A DNA stretch of 64,000 nt from positions 2,852,001-2,916,000 of the forward strand of contig JBLDXI010000003.1 in the NCBI GenBank assembly GCA_047495785.1, given 5' to 3'. Shown here piece after piece: positions 13,641 through 22,706 of the stretch. Source of the stretch: Lepidodermella squamata (taxonomy: Eukaryota > Animalia > Gastrotricha). Position 1 is the first letter of the stretch. The number at the start of each line of letters is the position of its first letter. The notes beneath the pieces are model-generated. The model did not search any database and was not told where the DNA came from. It saw only the letters and a program-made list of their open reading frames with translations. A program made the position numbers and the translations under genes.

Positions 13641-13792
13641 CATAGCGAAGTACGGGGAGGGAGGGATGGGGGAATGAGGGGTATCGCACCCCCAGTTCGC
13701 AAGGCCAAAGTGGAAAATCCCAAAAAAAACCTCAGGGGTCATACAATTTGGGCCCGAAAATACCCCCTAGTACCCCCCTACTTCGCGCACTG
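13641..13792. mobile_element. hAT-like MITE with 8-bp TSD; related copy at 27161-27527
   Basis: Ends CATAGCGAAGTA.../...TACTTCGCGCACTG. Flanks CCCATAGA (13633-13640) and CCCATAAA (13793-13800) match at 7/8. Internal similarity to 27161-27527. Confidence 0.65.
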
Positions 13793-13823
13793 CCCATAAA
13801 CCCTACTAGCTACTTTGTACACT

Positions 13824-14200
13824 GGATTAACGCATTCACGCCGAATGAAAAAACAAGAGGAAACGAATAAATTAACATTTCGGTTCAAGCGGTGTCAAAT
13901 TGACGACGGATTAGCCGCGTTCAATGCAATGGTCCGAGACTCGGTCCAGCTCTCAGGGGATAAAAGTTGTTTGGAGTAAAAAATTAGCAAATCCCCCTTA
14001 CGTTTTTCAAGAAAATTTCGATGGCAGGAACAGGGGTCTTTTTTTCCTTCCCACCCACTGCAGCCTCTTTTCTATCTTTTCTATCCCTTATCAAATGCTG
14101 TTTATAACCTCAAAACTTCTCCTTCGTGGGAATATATTATCAAGAATACTTTGTTATTTTGGCTTACAGTTGATGATTTATGCCAATCAGCATGAAGTGG
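13824..14200 (+). pseudogene. Truncated ALF-like relic: upstream element, 5' leader and start codon, with no ALF coding body
   Basis: Second copy of the upstream element, then AATCAGC-ATGAAG at 14185-14197, the same context as the 12630 ALF start. Downstream sequence loses ALF similarity. Confidence 0.55.
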
Positions 14201-14807
14201 GCAACTCCCAGTTTAACCGGATTTCATCATTGCATAATATAATGATTAACACTACATGTTATGAAGTTCAGAGGAAGTGGAGGTATCGTGGGGTCGCGAG
14301 GTCCAGCCAAGAAAGCCCGAAATAATCACAGGGCGAGACACGGCACAACACTGTACAACACTGGATAACCGCATTCACGTCGATGAAAAAAACAGGAAAC
14401 GAATAAATTACCATTTCGGTTCAAGCGGTGTTAAATTGATGACGAATTTGCCGCTACCAACTCTGTCCAGCTCTCCGGGAGGTAAATCGAGCTATTTCGA
14501 GCCAAAAAGATGCAGATCGTAGGTGGAACCCTTACATTTTTTTCAGAAAATTCGAAAATTTCGACCTTAAGAAGGAGGAGGGGGGTCGTTTTTCTTTCCC
14601 ACTCCTTTCACCCTTCTTCCATGTACTCGGAATACTGGAATAATATCGATTTTGCTGATTCAGTCATTTCATTAACCATTTGCCAGTTGCCAGTAGCAAA
14701 TGCCGGTTAGAACCTCAAAAACTTTTTATTTCTGGGAACAAATGATGAAGAATGCCTGAGTAATTCTTGTTATTTCGATTTATAGCCGGTGATTTTAGCC
14801 ACTCAAC

Positions 14808-15227
14808 ATGAAATTTTCAAGCTTTGCAGCTGGCTGCATCCTTGTCGCCCTCCTTGTCGCAAGTCCTTTCGTTAAAACCAATAACATCGGCTTCATAGTC
14901 CAACCATGCTTTCATCAAAACTGGGCTCGATGTGCACTACAAGTTGGCGGGGTGATTTACAAGCTCCACAACTGGTATGACGGCGTGCCACATGATATTG
15001 GCGGTTACAGTTGCACCGGAAGCTTCAAGGGACGTTTCCGCAAGTTCAAATGGGTTTGGGACGGCAGGTTTGAGTGCCCGCAGATTAGCTATGATATTAT
15101 CGGCTATTCACGCGGGCTGGAGAGTCGAAGTGGCGCTGTTAAGCATGCAATCAATGATTTCATTCAGAAATTGGGCGAATCAGGAAAAATGTCAAAAGAA
15201 GAGTGGCAAAATTTGGTCAATGCTTAG
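14808..15227 (+). CDS. ALF: ALF-like secreted protein, intronless, 139 aa; tandem paralog of 12630-13046
   Basis: Signal peptide MKFSSFAAGCILVALLVA, C-x7-C (CFHQNWARC) and C-x20-C loop CTGSFKGRFRKFKWVWDGRFEC. Highly similar to the 12630 ORF. Confidence 0.85.
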   Translation: MKFSSFAAGCILVALLVASPFVKTNNIGFIVQPCFHQNWARCALQVGGVIYKLHNWYDGVPHDIGGYSCTGSFKGRFRKFKWVWDGRFECPQISYDIIGYSRGLESRSGAVKHAINDFIQKLGESGKMSKEEWQNLVNA

Positions 15228-15824
15228 AAAAACTGGTAAGACTCAGAGCGTGAACCCGCACTGCTGATAACACTTTTTGATGTGGGACTTTATATGCATT
15301 TGTTACTGAAAATTATCCTAGGTACCTCGGTCGAAATTCGAGGGAATTATGAAAGTGACGATTTTAGAATAAACGCAGGATGATCTTCGACAAGATTCGT
15401 TGAACAGGATAAATCTGTGACCGAACTGAAACTAAATTGTACTTGAACTTGTGCGATAATTTGGCGATTTTTGCCTTTGGCGATAATTTGGCAAGCGAAA
15501 TCGGAGCTGCTTCCATCCTACTGTTTATCAATGAATTCGCTTTTTAGCGGAAATTGAAAAATTGACGAATGTTCAAACATCGACATTCATAATATTGCAC
15601 ATTTTTCTGTTTTTATCTGAGAAGAGTCGTATTTGATTAAAACAGCCAGCCGAAGCGCTACGGGGTATCATACAAATGCGAGATGCAAGTAAAAGATAGA
15701 AAAAATGAAGATGTAGAGGCCAAGGGAAAGCAGACACATCTCACATTAGTTTACCATTCCATAGTTTCTAAATGTCTAGAATTCAGTGCAACTTTAGTAG
15801 ATCATTGATTAGAATAAACGAATG

Positions 15825-18521
15825 TCATTGATTGATAATGCGAATGCAGTATACGTGAATTCCGATAAAAACCGCTGCCGCGACCAGAAACACGATAACA
15901 TCCAACAATCGAACATTGTTGATTCGTGTCTTCCAAGACCGACGTTCAGCCCAACCCGTGCCAGCTAGGAGACAAGCCAAAAGGTGGTACGTTGTGATAA
16001 ATGCTGTGAAGAAACTCGTGACTCTGATGTAATCCCCCAACAAGATACCGTTGGAACTCTTCGGCAGCTGGCTCAAAACGTCGGATTGGGCGACTGTAAG
16101 TGCAAGTAGGGTGGTGATAGCGAAATTGGGTCTATCGGGGGCTTCCGGTGGCATAAGGAACGTCGCTAAATCCAAAACAGCGAGCAAAGCACTGGGCGTA
16201 ACAAGGTTGATGATGTAATAGTCCGGAATCCTCTTCAATTCAGCAGAATAGACAACGACGTGAACTGATTGTCCTTTGAATTCTCGAGTTCCAAATTTTA
16301 CGTCAGACGACACCCATTTCCACTCAGGGGTGAGACGATCTCTCCACGAAAACAAGGCCCAATTTTCATCGAATCTTATAACACCCGACGATCGGGCGAG
16401 TTCAAAAGTGAACCTGCACGTCTGTTTATCAAACGGGAACAGGGTAAGATCCAAGTTACAAACCGATCTGAAAATTCCCTCTTTCGTCCAATAGAAGTCG
16501 AACGTACGGTTCATATCGCCAGGCGTTGCAGTTACAGTCAAATCGTCCCCGAAATGATCAGCATAACTATTCTCCAAGAATAGATTCCCGGTAGCGGTGC
16601 TTGTAAATCTGATTTTAGGAACCCAAACTTTTTCAGGGGATGGTACGTATAGTAGATCAGATCGCTTAGTTATCGCAGTGGTGCTGTTCAAGGGGCATGT
16701 CGTTACGTTCCAAGACAAAAGCAGCAGGCCATTGACTTCAATTTCCTGATCAACGGTGTTGATGCCGTTAAGCGAATTCACATCGAAGGCGATTTTCACA
16801 ATATTAGGCTGACCGTTGTTCGGAGGTACAGATAAATCGGCTATGAAGTCTTCGCACTCTTTCATGGCTTTTTCAACCTTCTCGGGTGTTGTCGAATCGG
16901 GTGGCATCTTAGGAATGGCGATTGACATAACTGAGGGCACGTTTTCACCCCGCTTTGTCATAACCAGTTGCGGTGCCGTAGTCATAGGGGGGTCAGTTTT
17001 TTGTGTAATTGGACTGAAGCTGGAAGTCGACGGAGATGTAGTTGGTGATATTGGTGAAGATGTTGTGGTGGAGGCGGTAGATGTAGCCACAGAAGAAGTC
17101 GATGTTTGGGGTAGAGTTGTCGATCTGAATGATTTCCAATTCTCGCAAGCACCTGGTAGTTGTTTAATTTCGGCCACAGGCAGTGCTGAGCTGTATAGGA
17201 ATACGCATGCCATGGCAAGTGAGTCGAACTGTCCGGTAATTATTCTGCCAATGGTCAGCATACTTCCAGTGGTGAAATCTGACCGCGACACGTTGTATGC
17301 CCCAATTAACTGGGCGTCAGTACCCGCATATAAGCTACCCATTGAAGTCGAGACGTTATAAGTAAATGCAATGAAATGCCAGTTATCGGTGGTTGCATTA
17401 TAGTTCAACTCATTTGTACCCTGCTCTAATGTCCAGTATTGTATTCTGTCCGGGGAGCGGAATAAAATACTGAAAAATTCCTGATTTTTTCTGATGATCG
17501 AACCAAGTACTCCTACTACCTCCGTTGACTGCTGACTACCGAAATAGGCGTAGAACGCATATGTTATCGAACTCGCAAATTCGGGATATGCCGTCGCAAT
17601 TTGCCTTACTATCGGTCGATGGGAGGAGCTCAATGCACCGAACGGACCCTTCAGGTCTTCAACGACCGTTCCAAGGTACCAGTAGCTCCCATAGCCGTCT
17701 ATCTGCGTGTCCTTTGCAACGTCCTGGACATACGAAAATTCATCGAGAGGCAAAAACATTTCAAGGCTATCTGGACTAGGCCAGTTGCGGGTTGGCGAAA
17801 CAAGCGGTTTTAATTTCCAGTCGCGGCAAACCGCCCGTAATTGACGGAACTCCAACTTATAGGAGGGTACCGAGAAACGCATGACACAAGCCATTGAGTC
17901 AGCTGGAGCGAGCGTGAATCCGGGGCTACCCTGGCCTAGTATAAGAACTTCACTTTCGTTCAACTTGATATTCACAGAGAAAGCTTTAAAGGTCTCCTGG
18001 CTTTCTCCAACATAGATCGTTACGGTTCCATATGAATAGGTTAGTGCGATGAAGTTCCATTTACCAGGTACAGCTGCGATAGTACCAATAACGCCTGCAG
18101 TTCTCGCAAGTTCTATATTTGATGTGGATTTCACATAGTTTACAGAGAACATATTATTATCAGTAGAGGATGAGTGTACGAGCAATCCTCTCCTATCCGC
18201 CTGTTCGTTGGCATCAGGGAAAAAGTAGAAAGAAAGCGAAAAATCCACACTGAACTTGGATTTCACGGAGCAGATCTGCGAGCCATTAATCCGATAAGAT
18301 GTCTTAGGCAAGCCGAAGGGGCCGTCAATGCTTGTTTGCAACTCACCATATTCTTTCCCGTCGGATCCTCCCCCTGTAATAGCGATGCCCTTTGCAACAT
18401 CGGCGAGGCCTGCTGTTTCATCCATCGGGAGGAAAAATTGCAGGTCCTTTTGTTTTGGCCAGTAAGCCCAAGACGTATCCATTGTCAAAAATAGTTGCGC
18501 GAATAATACGAGCATTATCAT
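15825..18521 (-). CDS. Cys-loop ligand-gated ion channel subunit with two N-terminal LamG/pentraxin-like domains and a Ser/Thr stalk, intronless, 898 aa (copy 1)
   Basis: First ATG at 18521 gives signal peptide MIMLVLFAQLFLTMDTSWA (the ORF-track start is a GTG). Two repeats of FLP(M/L)DE...DVAK...GPFG...W(N/H)FIA(L/F)TY...(I/L)Y(V/A)G, then a T/S/P-rich linker. Loop A VWVPKI, Cys-loop CNLDLTLFPFDKQTC (C-x13-C with FPFD), four TM helices with a ~20-aa M3-M4 loop. Confidence 0.9.
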   Translation of the reverse strand: MIMLVLFAQLFLTMDTSWAYWPKQKDLQFFLPMDETAGLADVAKGIAITGGGSDGKEYGELQTSIDGPFGLPKTSYRINGSQICSVKSKFSVDFSLSFYFFPDANEQADRRGLLVHSSSTDNNMFSVNYVKSTSNIELARTAGVIGTIAAVPGKWNFIALTYSYGTVTIYVGESQETFKAFSVNIKLNESEVLILGQGSPGFTLAPADSMACVMRFSVPSYKLEFRQLRAVCRDWKLKPLVSPTRNWPSPDSLEMFLPLDEFSYVQDVAKDTQIDGYGSYWYLGTVVEDLKGPFGALSSSHRPIVRQIATAYPEFASSITYAFYAYFGSQQSTEVVGVLGSIIRKNQEFFSILFRSPDRIQYWTLEQGTNELNYNATTDNWHFIAFTYNVSTSMGSLYAGTDAQLIGAYNVSRSDFTTGSMLTIGRIITGQFDSLAMACVFLYSSALPVAEIKQLPGACENWKSFRSTTLPQTSTSSVATSTASTTTSSPISPTTSPSTSSFSPITQKTDPPMTTAPQLVMTKRGENVPSVMSIAIPKMPPDSTTPEKVEKAMKECEDFIADLSVPPNNGQPNIVKIAFDVNSLNGINTVDQEIEVNGLLLLSWNVTTCPLNSTTAITKRSDLLYVPSPEKVWVPKIRFTSTATGNLFLENSYADHFGDDLTVTATPGDMNRTFDFYWTKEGIFRSVCNLDLTLFPFDKQTCRFTFELARSSGVIRFDENWALFSWRDRLTPEWKWVSSDVKFGTREFKGQSVHVVVYSAELKRIPDYYIINLVTPSALLAVLDLATFLMPPEAPDRPNFAITTLLALTVAQSDVLSQLPKSSNGILLGDYIRVTSFFTAFITTYHLLACLLAGTGWAERRSWKTRINNVRLLDVIVFLVAAAVFIGIHVYCIRIINQ

Positions 18522-19545
18522 TATTGTCGATTTCGCAAACCGAAGTAAGAGGTTAAATTTTTCTGATCGAATCGAGCAGCTAAAAAGGGCTTGTCTTAAA
18601 ATAGTCAGGTTTTTTGTGTGACTGCGATTGGCTCGGATATCCTCTAGCCTGCGAATTTTTAATTTTTGCGGTTTTATTGCTGATTTTTCAATTATTGCCA
18701 CATGATGTCATGGATGAAAAGCGAGGGATCTAATATGGTTTGAGTTCCTGCCAAAACAAGCGAATAGCGTGAAATGAATGAATTGAAATCACCAACACGT
18801 TTCAATAGTTGCGTTCCTCCTATTCTTCCGACTAGAAATTGAAGTTTTATTCATTTCATTACGGTAATTCAATTTAATTTTATAAAGTTTCAACGGGCAA
18901 TGGATCATGCCTTTTGCTTTTTGCTCTTTACTTTCTATTCGCCAGGTAAAAAATGGTGGTGCTTTATTAGCTTGATTTCTTCAAAAGGCTCTTGTAATAA
19001 GTCTGAGCATTTGCTCTGATGCCACGGTGGCATTCAACACATCGACCAGAAGGCTTTACCGATTGTTACTTGAGCAGCCATATGGGCTGCGCTATACGTA
19101 TTTACCTTCGCATTCTGTCAATAAAGTGCCGCCGCCAAACTTTAATTTGGATTCTGAAAATTAAAAAATCCACGCGTAACCTCGTCAAATTCGATATTTA
19201 CGAAGAACGTTTTTTTTGTATCTACCATTACATATGGAAACTGTGAGTTGCAGCTATAGAATGTTTCCGAAGTTAACCTCATAAAAAAGGGCTGAAAGGA
19301 AAGTAGCTTATTAGAAGCTAAAATAATGAACAAATAATCGAAATTCTATTCGGGCGTTCAATTTTCAACAGCTTTGTTAAAAACGGATATTGTTCGCCCA
19401 GCATTTTAGATGCGAATTCCAATTAATCCAAGGCCGCAATTAGAGAAGAACCATGGTATAAATGAAGTGAGATTTTTGTTCCAAATCATCAGCCATCCCT
19501 CGCTTTTCCATTTCCTAATCAATTTTTATTCATCTCATCCCCAAC

Positions 19546-20035
19546 ATGCGTGCTTTCTTGGCAATTGCAGCTGTCGTCCTTCTCGGCCTTGGTATAACCT
19601 ATTAATCAATTTTGCCGATAACTTGAACTTCCTTATTTTATTATTTCAGCCTACTCCGAGGCTAAGGTGTGGAACGTCGAGTCGAAGGAAATGCACCGGC
19701 ACTACGAGAAGAAGGTGAGCACCTCGGCGAGCCGCTCCTTCGAGAACAAGAGGGCTTTCCGCAAGGGACGTGCCTTCCCGATGAAGAAGCGCCACGGCAA
19801 GAAGATGAACAAGCGCCGCGGATCCTTCTCCAAGTCGGTCTCCAAGTCTGTTTCCTACTCGCGGTCCGCCTCGTTCTCCGGCAACCGCTTCGGCAACAAC
19901 AAGCGATTCGGTGGTCGCAAGTTCGGCAAGCACGGCAAGAACTTCGGCTACGGCCGCAAGGGCGGCAAGTTCGGCGGCCGCAAGGCCAACAAGGGCTCGT
20001 ACTCATTCAGCAAGTCCGTCAGCATCTCCAACTAA
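19546..20035 (+). CDS. Secreted highly basic K/R/G/F/S-rich protein, 143 aa (family copy A)
   Basis: Exon 1 19546-19591 (46 nt), GT-AG intron 19592-19649, exon 2 19650-20035. Signal peptide MRAFLAIAAVVLLGLAYSEA, TATA box at ~19457, AATAAA downstream, strong AAG/CGC/GGC/TTC codon bias. Confidence 0.88.
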
Positions 20036-20928
20036 GTCAAAACGCAAAATTCTAAATTAAAACTTATATGTAATCTGAATCAGTCGTATATTGTATTCGC
20101 TTTCTGTGAATAAAATCGCGATATAGAATATAGGTATTCAATCCTAGTTTCAGTCGAATTTCTAAATTTTAGTTGAATAAGTTTCGTTTTCCCACGTTGA
20201 CAACGTGTGCCTAATATACTGATGCATTGAAAAATTGTCATTTTTTTCTCTTATTTTTACAAAAAACTTCATGCTCCAAAATGAATCAAAACAATACGCT
20301 TAATAGCAAATAATATTTATTTATTTGACTTGCAATTGATCGAACGATCGGTAGCAATTCGAATGGATCAATGATCATCAGCGTATAGAACATAGAACCC
20401 ACGTTACACAACAAAAGTTTAACAAAAGTGGTCACAAAATTCAAACGCCAATTTTTTTTCATCAGCCGGTTATTATCTATGTTATGAGTTCGAATGACCT
20501 GAGGATCAATTTGCGAGAAAACATAATTAAAATGTACAGCATGATGGTCATAAAAAATCAAAATACGAAGTTACAATATCTCAAAAAATAAAAGTGATCT
20601 TTTAGGTTAAGGGTCAAGGATTATTGTCCTCGTCCGTTGAGTTTCTGTTTCAAACGAATGTGAGACGGAAAACAGTGCGAAAACGAAATGAACTAGCAGG
20701 GGCGACTTCTAAAAACAATGCTTTTCACCCGTGACTCGCGATATAGGTGCAAAAAATTCTGGCTGCGCTGTAATTCGGTCGAACACGCGACCAACCTCTC
20801 CACTACGCAATACGTTTTAGGTGAAAAATTGGCCAGTCAGGCTATAAAAAGTGTAATAAAAATGGATAAATATCATTCAAGCTTGCTTATCATTTATTCC
20901 GATTATCTGTTCAAATTCGAAACTAACA

Positions 20929-21655
20929 ATGCGTTTAACTCTCGTCGCAGCAGTTGTCGCTCTATTCTGCATCGGTAAATGCCTTTTTCCAACATGTCAT
21001 TTCATTCAAACTGTTTTTGTCTATAGTTGCCACTTCAGCAAAGGATGTTTCAGTCTCGGCTAATAAGAGGGGAGCATCTGCGTCCGCTGGCATCGACAAG
21101 GTTCAACGTGGCGGTCTGATTGGCCGCAAACACGGCAAACAGGGCAAACACGGCAAACACGGAAAGCACGCATTTGGTCGCCATCGTGGCGGTAAACTTT
21201 CCTCTGTCGGAAACCTCCACGGCCGTCGTGGTCATGGCAAGTTCATTGGCCGTCGTCACGGTGGTCGTCGCAGCAGTGGCAACTTTGCTTCCGTCTCCCT
21301 CAACGAGCGATCTGCCTCTGCTGCCGCTGGCAACCGCCGCGGTCGTCGCGGTCACGGTATCTCCTTCGGTGGTCGTCGTCATGGTGGTCGTCGCGGCGGA
21401 GACTTTGCCTTTGCTTCGGTAAACAAGCGATCTGCTTCAGCTGCTGCTGCCGGCAACTTCAAGGGTCGCCGTGGGATCTTCGGCAAGAACGACAGCCACA
21501 AAAAAGGCAAGAAGGCTGCGAAGAAGGCCGGCAAGAAGACCGGAAAGAAGGAAGGCAAGAAAGCTGGCAAGAAGGAAGGCAAGAAGGGTCGCAAGGGAAC
21601 TGGAAAGAAGGCCGACAAAGCGCATGGTATCATAATCCCTAATGAGGGTCATTGA
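20929..21655 (+). CDS. Secreted G/R/H/K-rich protein with KKxGKK C-terminal repeats, 224 aa (divergent family member)
   Basis: Exon 1 20929-20974 (46 nt, phase 1), exon 2 21027-21655. Signal peptide MRLTLVAAVVALFCIVATSA, TATAAAA at ~20843. Repeats GKHGKH, GGRRHGGRR, ASVN(K/E)RSASAAA and KKEGKK. Confidence 0.85.
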
Positions 21656-22706
21656 TTTAGCGACTTTACATGTTAGCCTGATGCATATTCATCAATGTGG
21701 CCTGGTATCAATTATTTGATGAACTATATTTGATTTTTACTAATTTAAAGAATAAGATGTTATTTCTGATAATATTTTTGGGGTTCGATATTCGATGAAA
21801 TAAAAATGTTCAGTTAAACTGCCAGCTCCTTGTTTTTTTCGTCATCTGTTCACTGAAATCAACGATCTTGGTTAGCCACTGCAAATTCATTGCGCTTCAA
21901 CTACCTAAATAGTAGAATTTCTGGGCGCGCGCTGATTGGTCAATCGATCGTTATCATCAGTCGTGCGATCCATAACATTTCTTGCAATAAGTGCAATATA
22001 TTATTATGCTACGATTACTTTACTACGATTTACGCTTGGTTTATGGTCAATGGAAACCGTGCAGAGGGCGTGGCAAGGTCATTTTTACATTAGTAGAAAC
22101 TAATTTTCTAGTGGATCGCACGACAAAATTGTTTCATCCCTGAGTTATAGCAGCGATAAATTGACCAATCATCGCGCAGGTCAAAGTGCTACTTACTACT
22201 TGTAACCGCAGCGATCGAGTTTTCTGTTTTTTGAGATAAGGGTGAAAGCACCAGTAGCTCATGGATTTCAGAGAACGCAACGGTTGTTTAACGGGAAATG
22301 AGAAATGAGAGCCGCGTCTCGTATAGGTCGCACCATATTTGCTGAACAATGACTAAGCAGCCGCCTTCCCTCTTCCCTTGTTTGGTCGATGAATTAAAAT
22401 TAAATAGAGACAGAGTTTTATCAATCACGCACTCTGCTCACGCAAGTTGAAACAGATGCATTTATTCTAAGCGTTTATATGAACATTGGAGTTTGATTTG
22501 AAGCAAAGCTGAAAGCAGCTAACATCATCACAGATTTCACATTAAGAAAATCAAAATGATCCACATCCCACAAGAAAGAAGCTTAACGAAAGAATGGTAG
22601 GCAAAGGTTCACAACGTATAAGAATAAACAATGTGTATTTGTCTTGAATTTCGCGTAATCCAGATCAATTTGTGTCGTTGAATAAAGCCGACAGTACAAG
22701 CAACAT

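Noticed and set aside
18522-18701. 60-aa N-terminal extension of channel copy 1 in the ORF track
   Set aside because: It begins at GTG. The first ATG (18521) gives a signal peptide aligned with the starts of both paralogs.
19546-20035. Cationic proteins as neuropeptide precursors, histone H1 or protamine
   Set aside because: There are no repeated peptides separated by acidic spacers and no H1 globular domain, and a signal peptide argues against a nuclear role. Some dibasic processing remains possible.
19646-20055. Apparent multi-frame or dual-strand coding over the cationic genes (also 26499-26938, 34485-35193, 62573-63012)
   Set aside because: Extreme AAG/CGC/GGC/TTC codon bias removes stops from other frames. 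Only one frame connects to the signal-peptide exon and TATA box.
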